A DNA stretch of 64,000 nucleotides from NCBI GenBank assembly GCA_016932045.1, contig JAFGDO010000002.1, positions 66,553 to 130,552 on the forward strand, given 5' to 3'. This DNA is from Candidatus Dojkabacteria bacterium. GTDB lineage: Bacteria > Patescibacteriota > Dojkabacteria > JAHIVN01. The translations under genes and the position numbers were made by a program. The notes under the pieces were generated by a model that worked only from the letters and a program-made list of their open reading frames with translations, made no database searches and had not been told where the DNA came from. Shown piece after piece: positions 40,014 through 49,947 of this stretch. The first letter of the stretch is position 1. Each line of letters starts with the position of its first letter.

Positions 40014-41747
40014 ATGGATATTTTTGATTATGACAATCTAATACAAAGTGAGAAGATTTTTGGTATTGAAATTGTAGATAATACTTTAAAAGTTCTTGAA
40101 CTTAAGAAAGGTGGAGGAGGTAAGTTTACAGTTAGTGGTTTCGGAGAGGAACAGTTTGATCCTAGTGCTGTGGTTGAAGGAGTCATTGTAAAAAAAGATT
40201 TGATTTCAAAAGCTATTAAAAATGCCCGTGAACAAGCAAGACCACATAGGATCAGGACGAGATATGTGGCAGTTGTTCTTCCTGACACCAAAATTTTTGT
40301 AAGAGTTGTAAAGTTTCCCGCAGGTATGACTAAAAATGAGATTAAAGAGGCAATAGAGTGGAAGGCAAAGGATTTAATAGCAATGCCTCTTGAGAAAGTG
40401 TATTGGGATTGGCATAGGCTGAGAGAAGACGAGGAAGATGATGATAGGAGGGAAGTGGAGGTTGTGGTTTCTGCTGTTGAGAAGGAATGTGTAGATTCTT
40501 ATGTTAAAACATTACAGCTTTTGGATATCATACCTCTTTACTTTGATGTATCGGGTAATGCTGCAGCTAGATTTTTGTTTCAGGATGAGTACAAAAAGAA
40601 AAAGGCTTTAATGATAAGGATTGACAGGAGTTCGACCACGTTAAGTCTTTGTCTTGAAGGTGGGGTAAGGTATCAAACTATCATAAAGGACGTTATAAGG
40701 GGAGGATATGGGGCGCTTGTTGACCATGCAACAGCAACTTTGGGGATAAACAAGGAAGAAGCGGAAGAATTAATCTTGTCACCTAAAAACTTAAATAAAG
40801 AACAGAAAGAGAAACTTAGGATAGGTTTTGAAGTTAGTTTCAATGGTTTATTGCGGGAAATCAATCAAATTCTTGATTTTTATTCTCAGACACTTGATAC
40901 CGGCCGTGATTCGAAAGATGGTTCAAGCAAAGAGCTTGATGGTATATATATATTTGGGAAGGGTGCGAAAGTCTTTTATCTCAGGGATTTTTTTAAGGAA
41001 AAGTCAATACAGATAAGTACTAAGCCTACGCGTACCACCTTTGTCTCACCAATGCTTCCATTTATTTCAAGACAGGGGCTTACCCAAAACATGGTTTTGC
41101 TTGGAGTAAGCTTAAGACACCTTGGATTTTTCAGGGGGTTGAGGGATATAAATCTTGTCCCAAAATCGATAAAAACAAGATATTTGCAACGATCAATATA
41201 CAGCAGTTTATATGCTTATCTCCGGCTTATCTTTTGGAATGTCTTTGTAATTGGTGTTATTCTTGTATTTATATACATGATTGCATTGGTTTATAAAAAT
41301 AATGTGGAGCAAGTGTTGAAGTCGGTAGAGAACATCACCGAAAGCAAGGCAAATACGCAGCTTCGGGAAGATATAAACGATATAAATCAAACTGCTGGTC
41401 AAATTGATCTTTTGCTTGATACCCAGTTGGATTGGGAGGAATTCTTTAAAGAAGTTTCAAATCGAAGAGGTGGAGGAATTACCTATAAGAATCTTTTTGT
41501 TAGTGAAGATGAGAGCATACTTAAGGCTGTAGCTGGAGATAAAGCGATTACTAAAAAGGCCGGCTATGTGTATCTTGTTATAAACGGAGTTGCAGAACAT
41601 CGGGAGGATTTGCAAAGATATGTACAGAACATGGAGAACTCAGATATTTTTGAGGAGGTCAAGATGCCAATTTCAAGCTTTGAAAGCAGCACGAACATTG
41701 AGTTTACTATGTACTGCTTTGTAAATACACAAGAACTGAAGTACTAG
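40014..41747 (+). CDS. PilM-PilN fusion (actin-like ATPase fold, then a TM helix and a PilN-like region)
   Basis: N-terminal PilM-like segment IFGIEIVDNTLKVLELKK.... An internal TM helix LIFWNVFVIGVILVFIYMIALVY is followed by a periplasmic region. Confidence 0.55.
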   Translation: MDIFDYDNLIQSEKIFGIEIVDNTLKVLELKKGGGGKFTVSGFGEEQFDPSAVVEGVIVKKDLISKAIKNAREQARPHRIRTRYVAVVLPDTKIFVRVVKFPAGMTKNEIKEAIEWKAKDLIAMPLEKVYWDWHRLREDEEDDDRREVEVVVSAVEKECVDSYVKTLQLLDIIPLYFDVSGNAAARFLFQDEYKKKKALMIRIDRSSTTLSLCLEGGVRYQTIIKDVIRGGYGALVDHATATLGINKEEAEELILSPKNLNKEQKEKLRIGFEVSFNGLLREINQILDFYSQTLDTGRDSKDGSSKELDGIYIFGKGAKVFYLRDFFKEKSIQISTKPTRTTFVSPMLPFISRQGLTQNMVLLGVSLRHLGFFRGLRDINLVPKSIKTRYLQRSIYSSLYAYLRLIFWNVFVIGVILVFIYMIALVYKNNVEQVLKSVENITESKANTQLREDINDINQTAGQIDLLLDTQLDWEEFFKEVSNRRGGGITYKNLFVSEDESILKAVAGDKAITKKAGYVYLVINGVAEHREDLQRYVQNMENSDIFEEVKMPISSFESSTNIEFTMYCFVNTQELKY

Positions 41748-41827
41748 TTATATTAGAGAATGCATGTAGATGCTTTTTAACAGTGAAATTTACTAATTAA
41801 TAAAGTGTTGAGTTAATTTAAAGACAC

Positions 41828-42514
41828 ATGGTTAAGCAGTCACAAAAAGATCTATTATTAGTTCTAGGGCTTACTGTTGTATTTGGGCTTATTGTATATC
41901 TACTGGCTCAGCTGGTTGATAATACTGTGGCTGAAGTGACATCAACTCGTAATCAGATTCGTGAACTTACGAGGATATCAGGTGAAGATGTATCCTCAGA
42001 AGAAGAACCTCTTTCTACTGAGGAATATAAAGATTTGTTGGACAAAAACTTACCTGACATTTCAGGAATAATTGAAATACTTGACCAGCTTGAAGTTATT
42101 GCTCAGATAACAAATGTAGATTTATCTATAAAACTAGAGGAGGGAATAGTAGGAGAAAGTGATATAGAATTTAAAGATACGAAAGAAAGAAATACATTCT
42201 TAAGTACTATAGAGGTGAAAGAATACAAATTTGAAGATCAACCCCAGGTTGCAGCTCCAGAGGGGTCTGAAAATGTTGTTTTGCAGATGATGGAGGAGGG
42301 AGGGCAAACACAGGAAGAACCAAGTCTCAAGATAAACTATCTTGAGGTTGATCTGAATGTTAAGGGTACTTATAATGCTATAAGAACGTACATATCTCTT
42401 TTACGGAATTCAAAATATATATTTAATATAAAAGAAATCAGGCTAAATAGAACAGAGAATGGGGAACTGGATGGAAGTATAAAAGTTAGGGTTTTTATAT
42501 TTGAAAAAAAGTAA
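41828..42514 (+). CDS. PilO-like inner-membrane pilus alignment protein
   Basis: N-terminal TM, then a coiled coil and a beta domain. Position within the pilus operon. Confidence 0.4.
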   Translation: MVKQSQKDLLLVLGLTVVFGLIVYLLAQLVDNTVAEVTSTRNQIRELTRISGEDVSSEEEPLSTEEYKDLLDKNLPDISGIIEILDQLEVIAQITNVDLSIKLEEGIVGESDIEFKDTKERNTFLSTIEVKEYKFEDQPQVAAPEGSENVVLQMMEEGGQTQEEPSLKINYLEVDLNVKGTYNAIRTYISLLRNSKYIFNIKEIRLNRTENGELDGSIKVRVFIFEKK

Positions 42515-42537
42515 TACATATAAATTTCGAGTAAAAA

Positions 42538-42804
42538 ATGATAGGAACAAGGATATTCATAATTAGGGTTGCATCAACTGTCCTGATCATCATTGCCAGT
42601 TTTGTGATTGGATGGTATGTGTATACACGTTTTACACAGCTGAATTTTGAAGGTTTGGCAGTCAGGGAGGATGAGATAAATAATCCGAGGTTAAATTATC
42701 CTTTACTTGAGGCCTTAAGGGAAGATCTAGATAGCAGACGTGTATATCTGAGAGGGGAGCATGTTTGGGTTAAAATCCCAGAGTACGATCCTTTTTATGA
42801 GTAA
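42538..42804 (+). CDS. Small single-TM protein (PilP-like position)
   Basis: TM ASTVLIIIASFVIGWYVY. Confidence 0.3.
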   Translation: MIGTRIFIIRVASTVLIIIASFVIGWYVYTRFTQLNFEGLAVREDEINNPRLNYPLLEALREDLDSRRVYLRGEHVWVKIPEYDPFYE

Positions 42805-43090
42805 AGAATCTTCCGATGGTCCTTCATCTTCTCCTTCTATGTAGAATTTAATGAGTAGCTTCAAAAGGTAAGTAGCGAATGGCAAGTAGCGGACATCAAA
42901 CTGCGAATCGAAAACTAGCACTAGGTGAGTTTTATTTCTGGCTAAGTTTTCTGTTAACATCTTTGTTTGAGATTGATGATTGTAGATTGAAAATTGGAGA
43001 TTGCCAGTCTGCCGGCAAGGCAGGTAGATTGACATACATTGAATGGACAGATAACTGCTAGATGGATAGTTTAATTGATAATTATTTTTT

Positions 43091-43582
43091 TTAACTACTC
43101 TGACAAAATATACCGTTTGGATATCCAGATTCAGAATATGAGGAAGTGTGTTCTATAGTATCTGTACACACGAGGATATGGGTTGGATCTGCAAGGTTAT
43201 TTATACCTATCCTATACTCGGTAGTTCCGTCCGGGTCTCTTGGGATTTCTTCAAGATAAGCAGGGAATAAAAGCTGAGTGACAGATGTTGCAGCTACTCC
43301 TTCTCCTGTTATACTGCCATCGCTTGGTGTTAAGGCAGTGACACCAGGTGCTGTAAGTCCAAGTACAAAGTAAGGATCTTCTTCCATAACGCCGTCTCTT
43401 GAAAGCCATTGTCCGATAGCTGTATTTATTGCTCTTATATCACTAACTCTATTAGAATTACGGCCGTTAATAAAGATCTCCTGTGGCTTAAAGGCTACTA
43501 TTGTGACTGAAACAAGTACTCCTATGATAGCAATAACTATAATGATTTCTATTAATGAGAATCCATTCTGCTCGTCTTCCAT
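43091..43582 (-). CDS. Type IV pilin
   Basis: G|FSLIEIIIVIAIIGVLVS and a C-terminal Cys pair (disulfide loop). Confidence 0.8.
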   Translation of the reverse strand: MEDEQNGFSLIEIIIVIAIIGVLVSVTIVAFKPQEIFINGRNSNRVSDIRAINTAIGQWLSRDGVMEEDPYFVLGLTAPGVTALTPSDGSITGEGVAATSVTQLLFPAYLEEIPRDPDGTTEYRIGINNLADPTHILVCTDTIEHTSSYSESGYPNGIFCQSS

Positions 43583-43650
43583 AAATCCGATTCGTAATAA
43601 TTATGGTAATTTAAATGTAGTATTTTATGAGAATTTTTGCAAGTTTATAG

Positions 43651-43680
43651 AAAAAAGAACCCGCCATAGGCGGGTTCTTC
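43651..43680 (-). terminator. Rho-independent terminator after the upstream pilin gene
   Basis: gaacccgcc-atag-ggcgggttc hairpin, followed by T6 on the minus strand. Confidence 0.6.
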
Positions 43681-43703
43681 TAAGTCAAATCAAATCCTAT
43701 CTA

Positions 43704-44201
43704 CTAGTTGCTTTGACAGAATATGCTGTTTGGATATGTTGCTGCCGGATATGTTGATGTATGTTCTATCGAACCTGTACATACTAAGACATGTGACGGA
43801 CTTCCAACATTATCGACACCAATTCTGTATTCTGTCGAACCATCTGGATCTAGTGGAATATTTTGTATATATCCTGCAGCAGTAAGTTGAGTAACTGTTG
43901 AAGCTGCTACTCCCTCACCACTTATACTACCATCACCAGGTGTTAGGGCTGTTACACCTACTGCTGTAAGACCTAAGGTTACATAAGGATCAGTTTCTTG
44001 AATACCTTCTCTTGACAGCCATTGACCAACAGAACTATTAAGTGCAGCGACATCGTTTGTTCTTCTTGAGTTACGTCCATTGGCAAAGATCTCCTGCGGT
44101 TTAAGAGCTACGACTGTTACAGCGGCTAGTATACCTATGATCGCGATAACAATCACAATTTCGACAAGGGTAAAACCTTTAAATTTATTCTTTGTGAACA
44201 T
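43704..44201 (-). CDS. Type IV pilin (paralogue of 43091..43582)
   Basis: G|FTLVEIVIVIAIIGILAA. The two proteins align along their whole length. Confidence 0.8.
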   Translation of the reverse strand: MFTKNKFKGFTLVEIVIVIAIIGILAAVTVVALKPQEIFANGRNSRRTNDVAALNSSVGQWLSREGIQETDPYVTLGLTAVGVTALTPGDGSISGEGVAASTVTQLTAAGYIQNIPLDPDGSTEYRIGVDNVGSPSHVLVCTGSIEHTSTYPAATYPNSIFCQSN

Positions 44202-44481
44202 CTGGCAGTAAGTAATAAATTAGTTACATAGAGACATTTTTTAATCTCACTAATAGAATAGGTCAATTTTTATTTCTTGTCAAGTGATATTTAGGCGTTT
44301 TTTTTAGAAGAAATCGGGGATTTTAAAATAAGGAACGAAAGATGGGAAATCTGTATTGAGATGCTGAATAGGCAGACTAATTACAACATCGATTATAATA
44401 ATAAAGTTTCATGACAAGAGTATGTCTCACAAGAACAAAATACGCAAAAAAAACTGCCTTAAAGTAAATAAGTTTATGATT

Positions 44482-44509
44482 TTACAAATAGTCAATTTGT
44501 TACTATAAT
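44482..44509 (+). promoter_or_regulatory. Sigma-70-like promoter for sppA
   Basis: TTACAA, 16 nt, then TATAAT. Confidence 0.4.
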
Positions 44510-44549
44510 CAGTTTACTATACTTAAACTTAACTTTAGTACTATTTGAA

Positions 44550-45542
44550 ATGTCTAAAAAAGGATGCCTAATCGCAGTAGTAGTTGTTGTTATCATAATT
44601 ATCATTTTACTTGCTTGTTCTGGGATATGTGTTCTATTCAGTAGTGTCTTTTCTCAAACAGACTGGACTACAAGTGAAAGTATAAATAGTGAGACTCTGG
44701 TAAGCGGAGGAAGTGATAAAATAGTTGTTATTGAAATCGAGGGAATGATAATGGATGTTGAAAGTGAGACGGATTTGTGGGGGTCAAGCTATGCTTCTTC
44801 GAGGACAATTTCCCAATATATTGACGGAGCTATGGGAGATGATACTGTAAAAGCTATCATCTTGAGTATGGATACTCCGGGAGGAGATGTTTATGCTTCA
44901 GATATAATTTACAATAAAATACAAGAAGCAAGGAGTAAAGGAATAAAGGTTGTTACACTTATGAGAGGAACTGCTGCATCAGGGGGGTACTATATTGCTG
45001 CAGCCTCAGATGAGATTGTGGCTAATCCGTTAACAATTACTGGAAGTATCGGGGTGCTTATGGAAGTACAGTCATTGGATGGTCTATATGAAAAGCTTGG
45101 AATAGAGAACAGGGTTATCACAAATAGCGGGGCTGACTACAAAACAGGGGAGGGTCTTTTTGATGAAGACCCATATGGAGAAGAAGATCAGATATATCAA
45201 GAAATTATTGATGAGGTGTTTGATAAGTTTGTTACTGTTGTAGCTGAAGGTCGGAATATGAAGAAAGAAACGGTGTTAGATATCGCTGATGGCAGAGTTT
45301 TCACCGGGTTGCAGGCAAAAGAAGTCAAGCTAGTTGATAAATTAGGAGGATTTGAAGATGCGGTACAATCTGCTGAGAGACTGGCTGGGATATCTGATGC
45401 AACGGTTGTCTTATATAAGGGCTATGATTTCTGGAGTATGTTTGCAGGTTACATTAGTAATGTTGTCAATCCGACAGCTGTTTTTTCAGAACTTGTAGAT
45501 TTTCACCCGGGACCAAAGTTGAAGTATTTATATGTGGAGTAA
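44550..45542 (+). CDS. sppA: Signal peptide peptidase SppA (S49, 36K type)
   Basis: RGTAASGGYYIAAASDEIVANPLTITGSIGV. Confidence 0.8.
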   Translation: MSKKGCLIAVVVVVIIIIILLACSGICVLFSSVFSQTDWTTSESINSETLVSGGSDKIVVIEIEGMIMDVESETDLWGSSYASSRTISQYIDGAMGDDTVKAIILSMDTPGGDVYASDIIYNKIQEARSKGIKVVTLMRGTAASGGYYIAAASDEIVANPLTITGSIGVLMEVQSLDGLYEKLGIENRVITNSGADYKTGEGLFDEDPYGEEDQIYQEIIDEVFDKFVTVVAEGRNMKKETVLDIADGRVFTGLQAKEVKLVDKLGGFEDAVQSAERLAGISDATVVLYKGYDFWSMFAGYISNVVNPTAVFSELVDFHPGPKLKYLYVE

Positions 45543-45572
45543 AAAATTTCTGTGAATAAATGGTCCTTCTGA

Positions 45573-46223
45573 ATGGTTACATTACTGAGTATGGTAGTTA
45601 CAAAGTTAAAAATTACTAGGCGAGGAGATAGGGTAAGTGTATATTTGGATGATAAATATGCTTTTTCTGTAGAAAGAAATCTTGTAGTTGATCTTTTTAT
45701 AAGTCAAGGTACTAAACTAAGCAAAAAAGATGTAAAAGATATTAAGGCTAAGGACTTTGAAGTTAGATATTATCACAAAGTATTAGATCTCTTAAGCCGA
45801 AGACCAAGAAGTGAGCATGAGATTAGGCTTTATTTGGAAAGAAAGTTGTTCGGGGAGGATAGTAGTCAAAGCTACATTAAAAACATAATAAAAAGGCTAA
45901 AGAGCAATGGATTTATTGATGATCTTGAATTTGCCAAATGGTGGGTTGAGAATAGAGTGAGCTTTAAGCCAAGGGGCAAGTACCTGATAAAGCAAGAATT
46001 ACGAGTTAAAGGAGTAGAGAAGGATTTAATTGAAGAGGCTCTTGAATCATCAAATTTGGATCATCAAAAGGAGTATAAGTTAGCTCAAGAGTTAGGTCTC
46101 AAAAAAAAGAGGATTTTAAAGAATCTAAGTGATATTCGAAATAAAAGAAAATTCTTAAGTTTTCTTATGAGAAAAGGGTTTAGTTACGATATAGCAAAGA
46201 AGGTACTAAGAAAGCTGGATTAA
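45573..46223 (+). CDS. recX: Regulatory protein RecX
   Basis: Three-repeat pattern (LLSRRPRSEHEIRLYLERK, GFIDDLEFAKWWVENR, KGVEKDLIEEAL). Confidence 0.65.
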   Translation: MVTLLSMVVTKLKITRRGDRVSVYLDDKYAFSVERNLVVDLFISQGTKLSKKDVKDIKAKDFEVRYYHKVLDLLSRRPRSEHEIRLYLERKLFGEDSSQSYIKNIIKRLKSNGFIDDLEFAKWWVENRVSFKPRGKYLIKQELRVKGVEKDLIEEALESSNLDHQKEYKLAQELGLKKKRILKNLSDIRNKRKFLSFLMRKGFSYDIAKKVLRKLD

Positions 46224-46249
46224 TATATAAAATTATTAAAAGTATTACG

Positions 46250-46558
46250 ATGAAAGTAACACTTGGAGAAAGGATTAAACGTGCCCGAAAGGAAGCAGAT
46301 TTGTCACAACTGCAGTTAGGAGTAGCATTGAAGGTTAGTGACAAAACAATAAGCGGATATGAATCGAGTAGGATAAGTCCTCCAATTGATAAACTTCAGA
46401 CAATAGCAGAACTTTTGAAAAAACCAGTTGCATATTTCCTTGGAGTTGATGAGCGTGATTATTCGATTCAGTCGCGTTTACGTGCAATTGAGATAAGACT
46501 GCGAGAGATTAGGCAGGAACTGAGAGAGATTAGGGTTGTTGCAAAAGGGAGGAAGTAA
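46250..46558 (+). CDS. XRE-family helix-turn-helix transcriptional regulator
   Basis: LGERIKRARKEADLSQLQLGVALKVSDKTISGYE. Confidence 0.7.
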   Translation: MKVTLGERIKRARKEADLSQLQLGVALKVSDKTISGYESSRISPPIDKLQTIAELLKKPVAYFLGVDERDYSIQSRLRAIEIRLREIRQELREIRVVAKGRK

Positions 46559-46689
46559 GCAACTGTTATTAATAGGGTAGTTTATGATTCAAGAAAGAAC
46601 TTTTTAAATTCATGAATATTGGCGGTTTTCCTTGATAGTTTCTAAATAAATTGTTAAAATCCTAAAGCTTCAATTCTTAATGAAAAATA

Positions 46690-47244
46690 ATGGATACTCA
46701 ACTAGTAGATAAAGTGACATCTGAATACAAAAAAGCAAAGCATCCGACATTTGATGTCGGTGATATTATAGAGGTTTCCGCAAAGATCAAAGAAGATGGT
46801 AAGGAGAGAATTCAGGTCTTTAGGGGTGTAGTAATAGCAGTCAAAGGAAGTGATACCGGTAAGACTGTTACAGTAAGAAAGATTAGCTATGGTGTTGGAG
46901 TGGAAAAGATATTTCCAATTTACTCTCCTATGGTAGCAAAGATAAAGGTAGTAAAAAGAGCAGGTAAAATTAAAAGAAGTAAACTTTACTTCTTGCGGGA
47001 CAGAGTCGGAAAGCTGGCACTTAAGGCTGGAGTCCAGATCCCTGCGGAGGGAGAAGATTTAGAAACTGAATTTGAAGAGAAGATGGAAAAGGAAGTAGAA
47101 GAGAAAGAGGAGGTTGTTGAAGAAGAAAAGGAGAAATCGAAATCTGACAATAAGGATGAAAAGGGAGAAGAAAGAGATAAACAGAAAGTTGAGGAGGAAA
47201 AAAAGAGTCAGGAAAAAGATAAAAAAGAAGATAGTAGTAAGTAG
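46690..47244 (+). CDS. rplS: 50S ribosomal protein bL19 with a roughly 70-aa E/K-rich C-terminal extension
   Basis: RIQVFRGVVIAVKG...TVRKISYGVGVEKIFPIYSP. Confidence 0.85.
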   Translation: MDTQLVDKVTSEYKKAKHPTFDVGDIIEVSAKIKEDGKERIQVFRGVVIAVKGSDTGKTVTVRKISYGVGVEKIFPIYSPMVAKIKVVKRAGKIKRSKLYFLRDRVGKLALKAGVQIPAEGEDLETEFEEKMEKEVEEKEEVVEEEKEKSKSDNKDEKGEERDKQKVEEEKKSQEKDKKEDSSK

Positions 47245-47324
47245 CTTGTAGCTTATTAGCTTTTTTGGCATTGATAATATTTAGAACATTGACCAAAAAG
47301 GTTAGTACTTCTTAAATTATAAAG

Positions 47325-47957
47325 ATGGATTATCCCCCTATAAACGATAGACTTGAGAAAGTTCTTACTCAAACTGGGTATGATGCTGTTATTGGTATAG
47401 ATGAGGTGGGTAGGGGTAGTTGGGCGGGCCCTGTAGTTGTCGGAGCATTTGTCTTTAGCAAGGATTCAAAGTTAATTCCGGATGTTAACGATTCGAAAAA
47501 GTTAACTCGAAAAAGTAGAATCAGATTATATGAGGAATTAAAAGATGAAAATTTTTCAATTGCCCAATCGGAAGTTGATGAAGTAGATGAATTAAATGTT
47601 CTTCAGGCAACAAGACTAGCTATAGTGCGTGCTGTTTCAGAATTGAAGGTGGAGGGAAGAGTAATTGCTCTGATTGATGGTTATTTCAGGGAGCAATTTG
47701 ATTTTGAGCATAGGTTTATCATAAAAGGCGACACGAAACATTATTCTATTGCAGCGGCCTCGATTCTTGCTAAGGTTTACCGCGATAATCTTATGGTTGA
47801 ACTTGCATCTTCTTATCCCGACTATGGTTTTGAAACTAATGTTGGATATGGGACTAAAAGGCATCGGGAAGCTTTAGAAAAATATGGGGTTTGTGATATT
47901 CACAGGAAGAGCTATAAACCGATTAAAAGGTTGTTGGATAGTCGGATGGCTGGATAG
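47325..47957 (+). CDS. rnhB: Ribonuclease HII
   Basis: IGIDEVGRGSWAGPVVVGA. Confidence 0.85.
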   Translation: MDYPPINDRLEKVLTQTGYDAVIGIDEVGRGSWAGPVVVGAFVFSKDSKLIPDVNDSKKLTRKSRIRLYEELKDENFSIAQSEVDEVDELNVLQATRLAIVRAVSELKVEGRVIALIDGYFREQFDFEHRFIIKGDTKHYSIAAASILAKVYRDNLMVELASSYPDYGFETNVGYGTKRHREALEKYGVCDIHRKSYKPIKRLLDSRMAG

Positions 47958-47990
47958 TCCTATTATTAATTTTTAATTCTCAATTATTAG

Positions 47991-48359
47991 TTGGATCGGG
48001 TGAGTAAATACAAAAAGCGTTTGGGAAAAGTCGGTGAGGATTATGCAGTAGAATATTTAAAAGGCAAAGGGTATGAGGTCATAGGTAGGAATGTTTACAT
48101 TGGCGGTGGAGAGATAGATATTATTTGTAAGAGGACCGATCTGATCGTATTTGTTGAAGTAAAGACCAGAAAGAGTGATATGTATGTGGATATTTTAGAC
48201 TCCATGGATGAGGCCAAAGAAGAAGCACTGACTACAAGTTGTGAAGAATATTTAGCAAGTAAAAATTTTGGAAAATACAATTATAGAATTGATTTGATTG
48301 GGATAGTCATAAATAATAGTGAAGTTAAAAAATTTCAGCACATTGAAGGAATCATTTAA
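47991..48359 (+). CDS. yraN: YraN-family (UPF0102) endonuclease
   Basis: GEDYAVEYLKGKGYEVIGRNVYIGGGEIDIICK...FVEVKTR. Conserved rnhB-yraN neighbourhood. Confidence 0.8.
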   Translation: MDRVSKYKKRLGKVGEDYAVEYLKGKGYEVIGRNVYIGGGEIDIICKRTDLIVFVEVKTRKSDMYVDILDSMDEAKEEALTTSCEEYLASKNFGKYNYRIDLIGIVINNSEVKKFQHIEGII

Positions 48360-49306
48360 AAGTCTACAATATGGTAGTCTGTTGGTATTGGGTGAATCTC
48401 AGGAAGTAATCTAAGTTCTTCTTTTTCCTCTTCTCTTAGTTTTACTAACTCTCTTAAGACATCAGAAGTATGTGGATATCCTGGTATTATAAATACCTGT
48501 GCCCACTCTTGTGGTTCTACTCCTCTTTGAGTCATGTTACTTATTTTATTTGTCCTGAATTTATCTTCCATGCTTAAAATTATCTGTACATTTGTTTGTC
48601 CTCCTCTAACTCTGTCATAAATATTGCCATAAAAGGCGTCGAGATCAGTACATGCCGGATCTCTAGGGGGGATGAAGAATATATATATTGGAACGTCAAG
48701 AATTTTTGAAAGATGGATAGATAATGCGACTGTGACTATAAGGGGCCAAGGCCTTAGGTATCTATCACCTACCATTCTTTTGGAATCCAGATATTCATCG
48801 CTTTCAAGTCCGATGACTATCGCACCATTTGTTCCTCTTTCCGCTCTCATTTGTTTTATCTCAGCTGCGATAATGGTGAGAATCTTTATATGCGCAGGAG
48901 TTCCAACATATCCCCCATGTCCGTATGCAATTACATCATATTGAGATAATTCCAGATGTGGTGAATCAATGCATAGTTCATTAAAATCAATAATTCTATC
49001 TGTCATATCAAAACCATCATGAACCTTTACTATTGTTTCTTGAGCTATAGGAGGAAAGTAAGAAAACAAATCCAATATGTATTTGCAAGCAATAGATAGA
49101 TTTGAAGGTGGGGCAAGAAGGTTTTCTCTGGCTTCAGTTGTAAGCAAGTGATTTTGTAAAACAAAAAAGTAACGCAGCAGTGTTGGAAGTGTTGGTAGGA
49201 ATTTGGTATTGGCTAGAGTTTCAGGTCCATCTATATCTTCAAATGCTCGTGCAAAATCAGGACAGTACTCAATGGGCGGTCTTACGAGTTCAGTTTCTTC
49301 TCCCAT
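48356..49306 (-). CDS. Hypothetical protein, no family recognised
   Basis: 316-aa ORF with higher GC than the flanking genes. Contains YGHGGYVGTPAH. Confidence 0.3.
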   Translation of the reverse strand: MGEETELVRPPIEYCPDFARAFEDIDGPETLANTKFLPTLPTLLRYFFVLQNHLLTTEARENLLAPPSNLSIACKYILDLFSYFPPIAQETIVKVHDGFDMTDRIIDFNELCIDSPHLELSQYDVIAYGHGGYVGTPAHIKILTIIAAEIKQMRAERGTNGAIVIGLESDEYLDSKRMVGDRYLRPWPLIVTVALSIHLSKILDVPIYIFFIPPRDPACTDLDAFYGNIYDRVRGGQTNVQIILSMEDKFRTNKISNMTQRGVEPQEWAQVFIIPGYPHTSDVLRELVKLREEEKEELRLLPEIHPIPTDYHIVDF

Positions 49307-49364
49307 TTGATTTCATCCTTCTTACAATGTAAACTGATTATAACTTAATTTTGATGATGTTTAA

Positions 49365-49919
49365 ATGAAGTTTTTATTGGCCCTGCAGCATACATTGGAA
49401 CTTAGAATTCTGGAGTTAGCAAAAGTGCGTGAGCTTCTTGAACTCATTTTATTATCAGCAGTATCGTTCCTCATCCCGGTATTTATAGGTCATCCACAGG
49501 TTTTTGTCGGAATTGTAGTGAATACACTCATCGTACGGAGTGCTTTAACTATGAAAAGCTGGAAAAATCTTCCGACAATTTTGCTGCCATCTCTTGGGGC
49601 ATTAGTGCGAGGTGTCTTGTTTGGACCTTTTACCTCTTATCTTTTCTTCCTTATCCCTGTCATCTGGACTGGAAATTTTATACTCACGTATCTTGTAAAA
49701 AAATTAAGTAGAAGGAGTTTCCTGTCGGTGGCAGTTTTTTCTTCAGTATGTAAAGCAGCTGTCATTTTTGCATTTACCCTCATGCTGGTTAAGGTTTCTG
49801 TTATTCCGGATTTGTTCCTAAAATCGATGGGTATTATCCAGGTTATTACTGCTTTAGCTGGGACTACTATTGCTTTAGGAGTAACGAAATTAGAACTTAA
49901 ATCAGCATTAAGCAATTAG
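49365..49919 (+). CDS. Polytopic membrane protein (ECF-transporter S-component-like?)
   Basis: 5-6 TM helices, 184 aa. Confidence 0.25.
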   Translation: MKFLLALQHTLELRILELAKVRELLELILLSAVSFLIPVFIGHPQVFVGIVVNTLIVRSALTMKSWKNLPTILLPSLGALVRGVLFGPFTSYLFFLIPVIWTGNFILTYLVKKLSRRSFLSVAVFSSVCKAAVIFAFTLMLVKVSVIPDLFLKSMGIIQVITALAGTTIALGVTKLELKSALSN

Positions 49920-49947
49920 AAATTCATATATCTAATATTTTTAGCAA

